Made by a program: the position numbers and the translations under genes. Positions 54,203 to 63,436 of a DNA stretch of 64,000 nucleotides are shown here, in pieces. The stretch is taken from NCBI GenBank assembly GCA_965203375.1, contig OZ241886.1:28818-92817 (forward strand), in the 5' to 3' direction. The first letter of the stretch is position 1; each line of letters starts with the position of its first letter. The notes under the pieces were generated by a model, which did no database searches, had not been told where the DNA came from, and saw nothing but the letters and a program-made list of their open reading frames with translations. The stretch is from Candidatus Aldehydirespiratoraceae bacterium. Its GTDB lineage: Bacteria > Actinomycetota > Acidimicrobiia > Acidimicrobiales > Aldehydirespiratoraceae.

Positions 54203-55206
54203 CCGCCGCAGCCGCCGCCCCAGCCAAGGAGACGATCGCGGCCGAGACCGTGCTGAGCATCTACCGGCACTGCGTCCGCATCCGCCGCTTCGAGGAGAGG
54301 GTCGCCCGGCTCTTCAAGCAGGGGCTGCTCCCGGGGTTCGTCCACCTCTACATAGGCGAAGAGGCGGTGGCGGCCGGAGTGGGAGCGGCGCTGCGGGGCG
54401 ACGATCACATCGTCTCGACTCACCGCGGCCACGGGCACGTCATCGCCAAGGGCGGCGACCTGAACCGCATGATGGCCGAGCTGTTCGGCAAGGCCGCCGG
54501 CTACTGCAAGGGCAAGGGTGGGTCGATGCACATCGCCGACTTCTCCATCGGAATGCTGGGGGCCTGCGGGATCGTGGGCGGCGGCATCCCCATCGCCCTG
54601 GGCGCGGCCTTGAGCAGCGCGACCCGCGGCACAGATCAGGTGGCGGTGACCTTCTTCGGCGACGGCGCCGCCAACGAGGGCAGCTTCCACGAGTCTCTGA
54701 ACCTGGCGTCGGTGCTGGGCCTCCCGGTGCTGTTCGTGTGCGAGAACAACCACTACGGGGAGTTCACGCCCGCCGCCGAGGCGATGAACATCACCGACGT
54801 GGCCGACCGGGCCGCTGGCTACGGGATCCCCGGCGTCGTCGTCGACGGCGCCGACCCGCTGGCGGTGCATCTGGCCGCGGCCGACGCGGCGGAGCGGGGG
54901 CGGAGGGGCGGGGGCCCGACCCTCATAGAGGCCAAGACCCACCGGGGCGACCACGCCGAGGGCGAGAAGGCGTTCCTCGCCGGTCAGCCCTACCGCGACG
55001 AGCAGGAACTCGAGCAGGCCGCGGCCAACGACCCGATCGAGCGGCTGGCCGCCGACATCGCCCGGCTCGGCCTCTTCGGCGCCGATGTCCTCGAAGCCAT
55101 CGACCGCGAGGCGGCCGCCGCGGTGGAGGAGGCGGTGGAGTTCGCCCGAGCCAGCCCCGACCCCGGCCCCGAGGTGCTCATGGAGGACCGGTGGGCGTCG
55201 GGATGA
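54199..55206 (+). CDS. TPP-dependent 2-oxoacid/acetoin dehydrogenase E1 alpha subunit
   Basis: IRRFEERVARLFKQGLLPGFVHLYIGEEAVAAG...THRGHGH...GKGGSMH...FFGDGAANEG. Confidence 0.85.
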   Translation: MTAAAAAPAKETIAAETVLSIYRHCVRIRRFEERVARLFKQGLLPGFVHLYIGEEAVAAGVGAALRGDDHIVSTHRGHGHVIAKGGDLNRMMAELFGKAAGYCKGKGGSMHIADFSIGMLGACGIVGGGIPIALGAALSSATRGTDQVAVTFFGDGAANEGSFHESLNLASVLGLPVLFVCENNHYGEFTPAAEAMNITDVADRAAGYGIPGVVVDGADPLAVHLAAADAAERGRRGGGPTLIEAKTHRGDHAEGEKAFLAGQPYRDEQELEQAAANDPIERLAADIARLGLFGADVLEAIDREAAAAVEEAVEFARASPDPGPEVLMEDRWASG

Positions 55207-55216
55207 GGCGATTCTC

Positions 55217-56200
55217 ATGTCGCAGAAGACCTACGTAGCCGCCATCCGAGAGGCGCTCGGAGAGGAGATGAGGCGGGACGGGCGCGTCCTGCTCATCGGC
55301 GAGGACGTCCGGCTGGGCGTGTTCGCCGGCACGCGGGGCCTGCACGGCGAGTTCGGGCCCGGGCGCGTGGTGAACACGCCGATCTCGGAGCTGGCGGTGG
55401 CCGGCATGGGCGTGGGCGCGGCGGTGACCGGGCTGCGGCCCGTCGTCGACCTCATGTTCGGGACGTTCCTGTATCTGGCCATGGACCAGATCGCCAACCA
55501 GGCCGGCTGCATGCGCTACATGTTCGGCGGCCAGGCGAAGGTCCCGGTCGTCTTCATGGCCCAGAACGGCGGCGGCCTCTCCGCCGGCCCCCACCACAGC
55601 CAGCCCATGCACCCGCTGTTCATGAACATGCCCTTGATCAAGGTGATCGCGCCGAGCAACCCCTACGACGCCAAGGGGCTGCTGAAGGCGGCCGTCCGCG
55701 ACGATGACCCGGTCGTCTTCTTGAGCCAACTGTCGTCGGGCGGCAAGCGGGCCGAGGTGCCCGACGAGGAGTACACCATCCCGATCGGCGCCGGAGAGGT
55801 CAAGCGAGCCGGCGCCGACGTCACCGTCTGCAGCGCCGGTCTGGCGGTGCATCGCGCCCTGGAGGCGGCTTCGCTGCTCGCCGAGGACGGCATCGACGCC
55901 GAGGTCGTCGACCTGCGCACCTTGAAGCCGTGGGACGAGGCCATGGTGCTGGAGAGCGTGGCCAAGACCGGGCGCTTCGTGGCCGTCGACGAGAGCTATC
56001 CGACCTGCGGGGCGGCCAGCGAATGGGCCGCGACCGTGGCCGAGAAGGCGTTCGGGGACCTTCGGGCCCCGGTTCAGCGGGTTTCCAACCGGCCGGTGCC
56101 GATGCCGTTCAGCCCCGGGCTCGAACGCGAAGCGCTCCCCTCCGCGGCCGATGTGGTGGAGGCGGTGCGCCGAACGATGGCGTCGGCTGAAAGCGGATGA
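55217..56200 (+). CDS. 2-oxoacid/acetoin dehydrogenase E1 beta subunit
   Basis: TYVAAIREALGEEMRRDGRVLLIGEDV...RVVNTPISELAVAGMGVGAA. Confidence 0.85.
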   Translation: MSQKTYVAAIREALGEEMRRDGRVLLIGEDVRLGVFAGTRGLHGEFGPGRVVNTPISELAVAGMGVGAAVTGLRPVVDLMFGTFLYLAMDQIANQAGCMRYMFGGQAKVPVVFMAQNGGGLSAGPHHSQPMHPLFMNMPLIKVIAPSNPYDAKGLLKAAVRDDDPVVFLSQLSSGGKRAEVPDEEYTIPIGAGEVKRAGADVTVCSAGLAVHRALEAASLLAEDGIDAEVVDLRTLKPWDEAMVLESVAKTGRFVAVDESYPTCGAASEWAATVAEKAFGDLRAPVQRVSNRPVPMPFSPGLEREALPSAADVVEAVRRTMASAESG

Positions 56201-57042
56201 ACGGGATGCCGCCCGAGCCCGAGCCCGGACCCGAGGTGGCCGCCGACCGGCCGGACCCGCCCGCGGCGAGCCCCGACGGCGGGATCTCCGTCGACGGGCT
56301 GTCGATGACCTTCGGCAAGGAGCCCGCCGCCGTTCACGCGCTCGACGACGTGTCCTTCCACGTCCCCAGGGGCGGATTCACGGCCCTGATCGGCCCGAGC
56401 GGCTGTGGCAAGTCCACCATCCTGAGGCTGCTGGCCGACTTGTTGCAGCCCACCGCCGGGCGGGTGGCCATATCGGGCCAGGCGCCGAGCGTCCTGCGCA
56501 AGCAGCGCCGCATCGGCTTCGTCTTCCAGGAGCACGCCCTGCTCCCGTGGCGCAGCGTGGTCGACAACATCCGGCTGCCGCTGCAGTTGTCGGGCCAGGG
56601 CAAGCGGAGCCCCGCCTCAACGGTAAGCGACCTGATCTCCCTGGTGGGCCTTGAGGGCTTTGAGAACTCGAAGCCCTCAGAGCTCTCCGGCGGGATGCGC
56701 CAGCGGGTGTCGATCGCCAGGGCCATAACCCTGTCGCCCGAGGTCCTGCTGTTGGACGAGCCGTTCGGCGCCCTCGACGAGATCACCCGCCAGACCCTCA
56801 ACATCGAGCTTCTGAGAATCCTGTCCGAGACGGGCACGACCGCCGTGCTGGTCACGCACTCCCTGAACGAGGCCACCCTGCTGGCCGACGAGGTGATCGT
56901 CTTGTCGCCGCGGCCGGGACGGGTGGAGGCCCGGATCGAGGTGCCGCTGGAGCGCCCGCGGACGCTGGCCATGATGAAGGCGCCGGAGTTCTTCCACACC
57001 GAGAACCTCATCCGCGAGGCTCTCTTCGGCAGGCACTCATGA
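56197..57042 (+). CDS. ABC transporter ATP-binding protein (NitT/TauT type)
   Basis: GPSGCGKST, LSGGMRQRVSIARA and LLLDEPFGALD. Confidence 0.85.
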   Translation: MNGMPPEPEPGPEVAADRPDPPAASPDGGISVDGLSMTFGKEPAAVHALDDVSFHVPRGGFTALIGPSGCGKSTILRLLADLLQPTAGRVAISGQAPSVLRKQRRIGFVFQEHALLPWRSVVDNIRLPLQLSGQGKRSPASTVSDLISLVGLEGFENSKPSELSGGMRQRVSIARAITLSPEVLLLDEPFGALDEITRQTLNIELLRILSETGTTAVLVTHSLNEATLLADEVIVLSPRPGRVEARIEVPLERPRTLAMMKAPEFFHTENLIREALFGRHS

Positions 57043-57809
57043 GCGCCGGGGCCCTGCGCCGGGTCCTCGACATCGGCGTGCCGCGCCTGGTCATGGCGGC
57101 CTTGGTCGTGGGGTGGGAGGCGGCCCACCGAGCCGGGCTGCTGCCCAGCTCGGTGGCGTCTCCGGCCCAGATCTGGACCGAGCTCACCGAGAGCTACAAC
57201 CTCCTCTGGCGCCATGCCCGGCCCACCCTGTCCTCGGCCGTCTGGGGATTCGCCGCCGCGGTGCTGATCGCCTTCGCCTTGGCCCTCGTGGTCGCCTTCG
57301 TCCCCAAGTTGAACCGAACCGTCTACACCTCGGCTGTTCTGGTCGCTTCGGTCCCGTTGATCGCGCTGACCCCGATTCTGGTGCTGTGGCTCCAGCGGGG
57401 CGCCCAGGTTCGGATCACCATCGCCGCCATAGCCAGCTTCTTTCCGATCCTGATCGGATGCATCGAAGGGCTCCGCCAGGTCCGGCACGACCAGGCTGAA
57501 CTCTTCGAGGTCTTGTCCGCCCCCCGGTGGCAGCGGATACTGCGGCTTCAGATTCCCAGCGCCGTGCCGCTGACCGTGGCCGGGCTGCGGGCCGCCGCGG
57601 CCGGCGCGGTGCTGGGCGCCATCATCGCCGAGTGGTCCGGCGGGGGCGGGGCGCTGGGCTTGGGCGCGCTCATGTCGAGCGCCCTGTTCTCGTTCAACGT
57701 TCCGCTGACCTGGCTGACCATCACCGCCGCCGTCGTCTTGTCCGTCGGGGCGTACTTCGTCGTGATGGCCCTGACCGTCCTCATGAGCCGGAAGGTGCGC
57801 AGTGGCTAG
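57039..57809 (+). CDS. ABC transporter permease
   Basis: Polytopic, with an EAA-like region (AELFEVLSAPRWQRILRLQIPSAVP). Start overlaps the upstream stop. Confidence 0.8.
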   Translation: MSAGALRRVLDIGVPRLVMAALVVGWEAAHRAGLLPSSVASPAQIWTELTESYNLLWRHARPTLSSAVWGFAAAVLIAFALALVVAFVPKLNRTVYTSAVLVASVPLIALTPILVLWLQRGAQVRITIAAIASFFPILIGCIEGLRQVRHDQAELFEVLSAPRWQRILRLQIPSAVPLTVAGLRAAAAGAVLGAIIAEWSGGGGALGLGALMSSALFSFNVPLTWLTITAAVVLSVGAYFVVMALTVLMSRKVRSG

Positions 57810-58569
57810 CGGGCTTCTGGTCCGTGCGGCCGCGGGCGCCGCCAAAGCCGGGGTCGCGGTCCTCGCCATCGTGGTCATCTGGTGGGCGGTCATCCACGGA
57901 TTCGGCATCGAGCCGTTCTTCATGCCGGGCCCGGCAGTCACCTTCGAGAGCCTGTGGGAGGACCGCGGCGAGTTGGCGAGCGCCGCGTGGGTCACCCTGA
58001 AGGGCGGCCTCGTCGGCTTGGCCGCCTCCACTGCCTTCGCGTCGATCCTGGCCGTCCTGGTCGTCCGCTCGACCGCGCTGAGGCGGACCGTCCTGCCCAT
58101 CGCCATCGTGATACGCAACGTCCCGATCATCGCCATCGCCCCCCTCATCACCCTGGTGATCGGGCGAGGCCTCAAGACCAGCGTCGTCGCCGTCACCATC
58201 GTGACGTTCTTCCCGATCTTCGCCTATCTGTCCGAGGGCTTCTGCGCGGTCACCAGCGAGATGAACGAACTCATGCGCCTCTACGACGCCACGTTCATGC
58301 AGAAGCTGCGCCATGTTCGGGTGCGGGTGGCGCTGCCCTTCCTGTTCGCCGGACTCCAAGACGGCGCCCGGGCCGCGGTGCTGGCCGCCATGTTGGCCGA
58401 GTGGCTGACCGGGACCGAAGGCCTCGGCGTGGAACTGGCCCGGGCCGCCTCGGCCCGGCGCAGCGACCTGGTGTGGGCCGTGGTGATCGTGGCCACCGCG
58501 CTGGCGCTGGCCATGTTCTACACGACGAAAGTCCTCGAACAAGAGGTGAACAAACGATCAACCATCTAG
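57802..58569 (+). CDS. ABC transporter permease (second)
   Basis: Paralogous permease (ELMRLYDATFMQKLRHVRVRVALPF). Overlaps the upstream gene. Confidence 0.8.
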   Translation: MASGLLVRAAAGAAKAGVAVLAIVVIWWAVIHGFGIEPFFMPGPAVTFESLWEDRGELASAAWVTLKGGLVGLAASTAFASILAVLVVRSTALRRTVLPIAIVIRNVPIIAIAPLITLVIGRGLKTSVVAVTIVTFFPIFAYLSEGFCAVTSEMNELMRLYDATFMQKLRHVRVRVALPFLFAGLQDGARAAVLAAMLAEWLTGTEGLGVELARAASARRSDLVWAVVIVATALALAMFYTTKVLEQEVNKRSTI

Positions 58570-58669
58570 CCGCGCAACGGCTCGGCCCGACCGAGATGCG
58601 AGCCGGAGACTTTCGGCGAGGAGCCCACAGCCCCAGACAACAAGACAAGCCAACAGAGGGAGGCAACCC

Positions 58670-59770
58670 ATGACCAGAACCCGACACCAACCGCTCAACG
58701 AACATCTGCTCACCCGGCGCCAGATCCTGCAGAGATCGGCGGTGGCCGGCGGGGCGCTGCTGGCCGGGCCGGCGGTGCTGGCCGCCTGCGGCGGCGACGA
58801 CGACAGCGCCCCGGCAACGACGACGGCGGCGGCGGGGACGACGGCAGCCCCGACGACGCAAGCCCCGGTGAGCATGGCCGACATCAGCTTCCAGTTGGGC
58901 TGGCTGAAGCTGGTCCAGTTCGGCGGCCATTTCATGGCTGAGGAGATGGGCTACTTCGAGGAGGAGAACGTCAACGCGAACTTCATCTCGGGCGGCCCGG
59001 GCATCGACCCGATCGCCGACGTGGCATCGGGGGCGGCGCTCATCGGAGACGGCCCGGTGTCGGGCATCCTGCTGGCCCGGGCCGGCGGGGCCCCGCTGGT
59101 GGCGATCGGGGCGATCTTCAACCGGTCGCCGCTGTCGTTCATGAGCTTCGCCGACAACCCGATCCTCACGCTGCAGGACATGGTGGGCCAGACCGTCGCC
59201 GTCCAGGACCGCTATCGGACCCAGCTCGAATCCCTGCTCGAAGGGGCGGGCATCGACCCGGCCGATGTGGACCTCGTGCCCGGCACCGGGGACCCCGCTG
59301 TTCTGGTCAACGGCCAGGTCGACAGCTTTCAGGGGTTCTCCACCAGCCAGGGGGTGGCGCTGGAGCAGCAGGGGTTCGAGCTGGCCATAGCCCACGTCGC
59401 CGATCTGGGCGATCCCAGCTACTCGAACGTGTTCTACGTGACCGAAGACACCCTGGCCAACCGCAAGGACGAGCTGATCCGATGGATGCGCGCCGACCAG
59501 CGGGGTCACCAGTACGCGGTGGACAACCCCGAGGAGACGGCCCGCATCGTCCAGGACCTCTACGGGGACGAGAACGGCCAGAGCATCGAGGAGGCCACCG
59601 GCTCGGCCCTGGCCCAGGTCGATCTGTTCAAGGGCCACCCCAACGGGCTGCTGTGGATCGACGAGGAGGTGTTCGCCTCGGTCGAGCAGTTCCTCTGGGA
59701 CTCCGGCGGCATCGAGACCCGGGTGCCGGCCGGCGAGGCCATGACCACGGAGATCCTGGAAGGGATCTGA
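58670..59770 (+). CDS. ABC substrate-binding protein (NMT1/THI5-like) with Tat/lipoprotein signal
   Basis: TRRQILQRSAVAGGALLAGPAVLAAC. FQLGWLKLVQFGGHFMA is typical of the NMT1/SsuA-like fold. Confidence 0.8.
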   Translation: MTRTRHQPLNEHLLTRRQILQRSAVAGGALLAGPAVLAACGGDDDSAPATTTAAAGTTAAPTTQAPVSMADISFQLGWLKLVQFGGHFMAEEMGYFEEENVNANFISGGPGIDPIADVASGAALIGDGPVSGILLARAGGAPLVAIGAIFNRSPLSFMSFADNPILTLQDMVGQTVAVQDRYRTQLESLLEGAGIDPADVDLVPGTGDPAVLVNGQVDSFQGFSTSQGVALEQQGFELAIAHVADLGDPSYSNVFYVTEDTLANRKDELIRWMRADQRGHQYAVDNPEETARIVQDLYGDENGQSIEEATGSALAQVDLFKGHPNGLLWIDEEVFASVEQFLWDSGGIETRVPAGEAMTTEILEGI

Positions 59771-59793
59771 CCGCCGGCGGGCCGCGGCCGGCC

Positions 59794-61287
59794 ATGCCGG
59801 GTTCTTCCGGCCCGGAGAGGCGCCGCATCCGCGCCGACATGGTGGTGCCGGCGCGGGGCGATCCCCGGCCGATCGGCGGCCTAGTCGTCGGCGCGGGCGC
59901 GGTGGAGGCGGTCGAACCGGCGGCAGTCGGCAAGGGCGGCAAGGAGGGGGTGCAGCGGGTGGCGTTGTGCCCCCTGGCCAACGCCCACGATCACGGCCGC
60001 CCCCGCGGCCCCGACCGCTACGGGGTCCGCGACGACTCCTTGGAGGTGTGGCTGGCCGGGCTGGCGACGATGCCCGCCCTCGACCCGCACCTCACCGCCG
60101 CGGCGGCGCTGTGCCAGGCGGCGCGGGGCGGGGTGTCGTCGGTGGTTCACGTCCACGACCCCGACGACAGCGGCGACATCGTCTCCGAAGCCCGCCAGGT
60201 TTTGAGAGCGGCCGCCGACGTGGGCGTGCGCACGGCGTTCGTGGTCCCGATCGTGGACTGCGGCCATTCCGTCTACGGCCGGGCCGAGGACCTGATGGAG
60301 CGCATCCCGTCTCGCCGGCGCTCGGCGGCGGACGAGAGGTGGGGCGCCCCGCGGCCCCCGCTGGGGCAGCAGCTCGAATGGGTGGAGGCCATAGCGGAGG
60401 CGGCGCCCGATTTGGTCGACGTCCAGATCGGGCCCGCCGCGCCCCAGTGGTGCAGCGACGAGGCGTTGCGCTCCGTCGCCGAGCTGTCGGACGCGACGGG
60501 CCGACGGGTGCATATGCACCTGCTCGAGAGCGTCCGTCAGCGCCAATGGGCCGACTCCGCCTTTCCCGGCGGGATCGTCGGCCATCTCGACGGCCTCGGC
60601 CTGCTCTCTCCTCGGCTCGCCGTCGCCCACGGGGTGTGGCTGCGCCCGGCCGAACTCGACGTGCTGGCCGACCGCGGGGTCACGGTGGTCGCGAACACGA
60701 GCTCGAATCTGAGGCTGCGCTCGGGCGTGGCCCCGGTGCGGGACTTCGCCGCCAGCGGGGTCGGCGCGGCGCTCGGGCTGGACAGCCTGCCGCTGCTCGG
60801 GCCGGGCGACATGCTGGCGGAATGGGAGCTGGGTCGGATGGTGCATCAAGTGGGCGACGGAACGGCCTTGGACCACTGGATGCGCGAAGCCGCGGTCGTT
60901 CACGGCCACGCGGTCGCCGGCTTTCCCCGGCCGGGCCAGCTCACGGAGGGCTGTCCCGCCGACATGGTCGTCATGTCTTGGGACCCGGTCGCCGACGGGC
61001 CGCTGTCCGCCGACGCGGCCTGGGCGGAGCTGCGGCGCCGGGGAGGGGCCGGAGTCGAGGATCTCTTCGTCGCCGGACGGCCGGTGATCGCCGGCGGCAA
61101 GATGGTGACCGTGGACGAGGAAGGCCTCTTCGAGGAGCTGGACTCAGCGATCGCCCGCTCAACCGGGGCCCGTCCCCCCGCCGATCCTCTCACCGACGAC
61201 TACCGGAACGCCGTCCGGCGCTTCTACCGCGACGGATGCCATTTGCGCGACGACCGCGGCCACGGCGCCGGCCGGGGACGTCAATAG
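59794..61287 (+). CDS. Amidohydrolase-superfamily deaminase/chlorohydrolase-like enzyme
   Basis: Metal ligands: NAHDHG (HxH), VHMHLLES, VAHGVWL and LGLDS. ATG59794 lies in the frame of track ORF 59482..61287. Confidence 0.65.
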   Translation: MPGSSGPERRRIRADMVVPARGDPRPIGGLVVGAGAVEAVEPAAVGKGGKEGVQRVALCPLANAHDHGRPRGPDRYGVRDDSLEVWLAGLATMPALDPHLTAAAALCQAARGGVSSVVHVHDPDDSGDIVSEARQVLRAAADVGVRTAFVVPIVDCGHSVYGRAEDLMERIPSRRRSAADERWGAPRPPLGQQLEWVEAIAEAAPDLVDVQIGPAAPQWCSDEALRSVAELSDATGRRVHMHLLESVRQRQWADSAFPGGIVGHLDGLGLLSPRLAVAHGVWLRPAELDVLADRGVTVVANTSSNLRLRSGVAPVRDFAASGVGAALGLDSLPLLGPGDMLAEWELGRMVHQVGDGTALDHWMREAAVVHGHAVAGFPRPGQLTEGCPADMVVMSWDPVADGPLSADAAWAELRRRGGAGVEDLFVAGRPVIAGGKMVTVDEEGLFEELDSAIARSTGARPPADPLTDDYRNAVRRFYRDGCHLRDDRGHGAGRGRQ

Positions 61288-61295
61288 GCGGGGCG

Positions 61296-62090
61296 ATGTC
61301 GCGGCTGGCGGGCAAGACCGCAGTCATCACCGGCGCGGCCCGAGGGATAGGGGCGGCCATCGCCGCCCAGTTCGCGGCCGAGGGGTGCTCGCTGGCCATC
61401 GCCGACATCGACGAGCCGACCCTGGCCGGCGCCGAGGCTCGGCTGTCCGCCGACGGCGCCCGGGTGGTCGGGGTCCGGGCCGACGTCACCGACCGGGCGG
61501 ACGTCGAGGCGCTGTTCTCGGCGGCGGAGTCTCGGTTCGGGGCGGTGGACATCGTGGTCAACAACGCGGGCATCTTCGGCAACGTCAGGTTCGAGGAGAT
61601 GACCGACGACCAGTGGGACGCGATGCTCCGGGTGAACGCGGGCGGCGTCTTCGCCGTCAGCCAGACCGCCATCCGGCGGTGGCTGGCCCGAGGGCGGCCC
61701 GGCGTGTTGGTGAACATGGCGTCGGTGAGCGCCCGGGTCGCCTTCACCGACTCGGCCCACTACAGCGCCAGCAAGGCCGCCGTGGCCGCGCTGACCCGCT
61801 GCCTGGCCGCCGAGTTCGGGCCTGTGGGGATCCGGGCGAACGCCATCGCGCCCGGGATCATCGAGACGGAGATGACAGCCGACGGGCTGGCCGACGAAGA
61901 GCTGTCGGCGGCTTGGACGCTTCGCATCCCCTCGCGCCGCTTCGGCACGGCCGAGGACGTGGCCCAGTTGGCCGTCTTCTTGGCCTCCCCCGAGTCGAGC
62001 TACATCAACGGAGAGGTGATCACCGTCGACGGAGGCGCGTCCCCGAGCTGGCCCAAGCCCAGCGACCAAACCCGCACCCCCCGCCCTTAG
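61296..62090 (+). CDS. SDR family oxidoreductase
   Basis: KTAVITGAARGIGAAIA, NNAG and YSASKAAV. In the frame of track ORF 59967..62090. Confidence 0.85.
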   Translation: MSRLAGKTAVITGAARGIGAAIAAQFAAEGCSLAIADIDEPTLAGAEARLSADGARVVGVRADVTDRADVEALFSAAESRFGAVDIVVNNAGIFGNVRFEEMTDDQWDAMLRVNAGGVFAVSQTAIRRWLARGRPGVLVNMASVSARVAFTDSAHYSASKAAVAALTRCLAAEFGPVGIRANAIAPGIIETEMTADGLADEELSAAWTLRIPSRRFGTAEDVAQLAVFLASPESSYINGEVITVDGGASPSWPKPSDQTRTPRP

Positions 62091-62119
62091 GAGTCAAGTA
62101 CCGAAAGCTTGCCGCCGGC

Positions 62120-63328
62120 CTAGTCGTTGGGCCAGTCGATGCCGGGCAGGGGTTGACCGCCGGGCGGCGGATCGGGCACTCCGACTAAATCGGCTCCGTA
62201 CTGGTGGTCTAGCGCCAGTTCTCTGATCGGATCGTTTGCGAACTCGACTGCGCCCCGGCCCGCGGCGGCGATCACGCCGTCTTCGATGAGCCGCCTTCGC
62301 TGCGTGTTGATGACGGACTTCTTGGCGCTCGTGCGATGGGCGATGTCGTCGATCAGAGAGGGGCCGTCGTCGTAGGACATGGCGATCAGGAACAGTTGCT
62401 TCTGCGGCGACAGCCGGTCCCAGATCGGCGCCATCACCTTGTCCATCAAGTCTTGGCGCATCTTGGCCACGGCGCCGCTCAACGCCGACGCCGGGACGGA
62501 CCGGCCCGCCGTCGCCTCCCACAGATGGAATCCCAGGGACTGGATGCCGAAAGGGTGGCCGTTGGCGGCCGTGCAAGCCCGGTGAAGCAGGGGCTCGCTG
62601 AACTCCACTCCGTTTTCTGCGAAAGGCCAGTGAAGCGCCTGACGGGTCTGCGGCATGGTCAGACGGCCCATCCGGTGGCGATGGCACCGGTTGAAGAACG
62701 TGAATCCCTTGTGGGGCAGCAGCTTGGACTCCAAATGCGGGAGCCCGGCGCCGATGAATCCGAGATGCTTGTCGCTGCTTCGGGCGTTCTGAACCATGGA
62801 GGCGACCGCGCTGGCGTCTTTGGGCACCATGTTGTGGAACTCGTCGATGATCACCACCACCCCGGCGCCGCTCCCGTCATGCACCACCATGTCGACGAGC
62901 TCCAGCAAAGTGCGCTGCATCACCCGCGTCCGCCTCGGCGCCGCCCCGGGATTGTCCCAGCCCGCACCGACCGGGCCGAGGCTGAGCCGGTTCATCCGCC
63001 GGCCCGGAGGCGGGGAGCGCCGATCCATCTCGTCCAGGGCCTCTTCGGTGATCGTTTCCTGTATCGGCAGGTCGGCGCCCTTCACCAGTGCGTCCGTTTT
63101 GCAGACCACCCATCCGCTCGCCTGCAGTCGTTCGGTGAGGAGCAGCAGCAGCGTGGTCTTGCCGGTGCCGCGGGCGCCGAGAACCAGGGAGGCGAAGCCC
63201 GGATGCCCCGGCCCCGCCGCGAGGGCGGCGCAGATCTCGTCCACCTCTTCATCGCGCCCGGCCGGGTAGGGGGGCAGAATGCCGAAACCGGGTCTGAACG
63301 GGTTGGCTGGCTTCGATCCGACGGTCAC
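62120..63328 (-). CDS. ORC/Cdc6- or STAND-like P-loop ATPase with C-terminal winged-helix-like region
   Basis: NPFRPGFGILPPYPAGRDEE, Walker A GARGTGKTTLLL and Walker B VVVIIDEFHNM. The C-terminal segment LSPQKQLFLIAMS...INTQRRRLIEDGVI looks like a wHTH. GTG start. Confidence 0.6.
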   Translation of the reverse strand: MTVGSKPANPFRPGFGILPPYPAGRDEEVDEICAALAAGPGHPGFASLVLGARGTGKTTLLLLLTERLQASGWVVCKTDALVKGADLPIQETITEEALDEMDRRSPPPGRRMNRLSLGPVGAGWDNPGAAPRRTRVMQRTLLELVDMVVHDGSGAGVVVIIDEFHNMVPKDASAVASMVQNARSSDKHLGFIGAGLPHLESKLLPHKGFTFFNRCHRHRMGRLTMPQTRQALHWPFAENGVEFSEPLLHRACTAANGHPFGIQSLGFHLWEATAGRSVPASALSGAVAKMRQDLMDKVMAPIWDRLSPQKQLFLIAMSYDDGPSLIDDIAHRTSAKKSVINTQRRRLIEDGVIAAAGRGAVEFANDPIRELALDHQYGADLVGVPDPPPGGQPLPGIDWPND

Positions 63329-63334
63329 CGTCCC

Positions 63335-63391
63335 AAATATAACAAATGAAACAACATTTTTTCCGGCGGTTTTGTTTCATTTGTTATATTT
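63335..63391. promoter_or_regulatory. Perfect 20-bp AT-rich inverted repeat immediately upstream of the ATPase gene
   Basis: AAATATAACAAATGAAACAA (63335-63354), a 17-nt spacer, then TTGTTTCATTTGTTATATTT (63372-63391). The left arm ends 7 nt from GTG63328. Confidence 0.85.
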
Positions 63392-63436
63392 CTCGGTTGC
63401 TCGCCGCCGGGGGCGAGCCGGCACCCGGTCGGGGGC

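Noticed and set aside
35663-62687. Further shadow ORFs (35663..37645 minus, 36346..37878 plus, 37938..38804 plus, 39076..40266 plus, 40333..41622 plus, 43359..45238 set, 45111..46564 set, 52811..54058 minus, 53071..55206 N-terminal part, 54100..55218 minus, 56334..58199 minus, 58295..59638 minus, 59881..60909 minus, 61281..62188 set, 62094..62687 minus, 62336..63349 plus).
   Set aside because: Same reasoning: they overlap confidently assigned genes in another frame or strand and have low-complexity composition.
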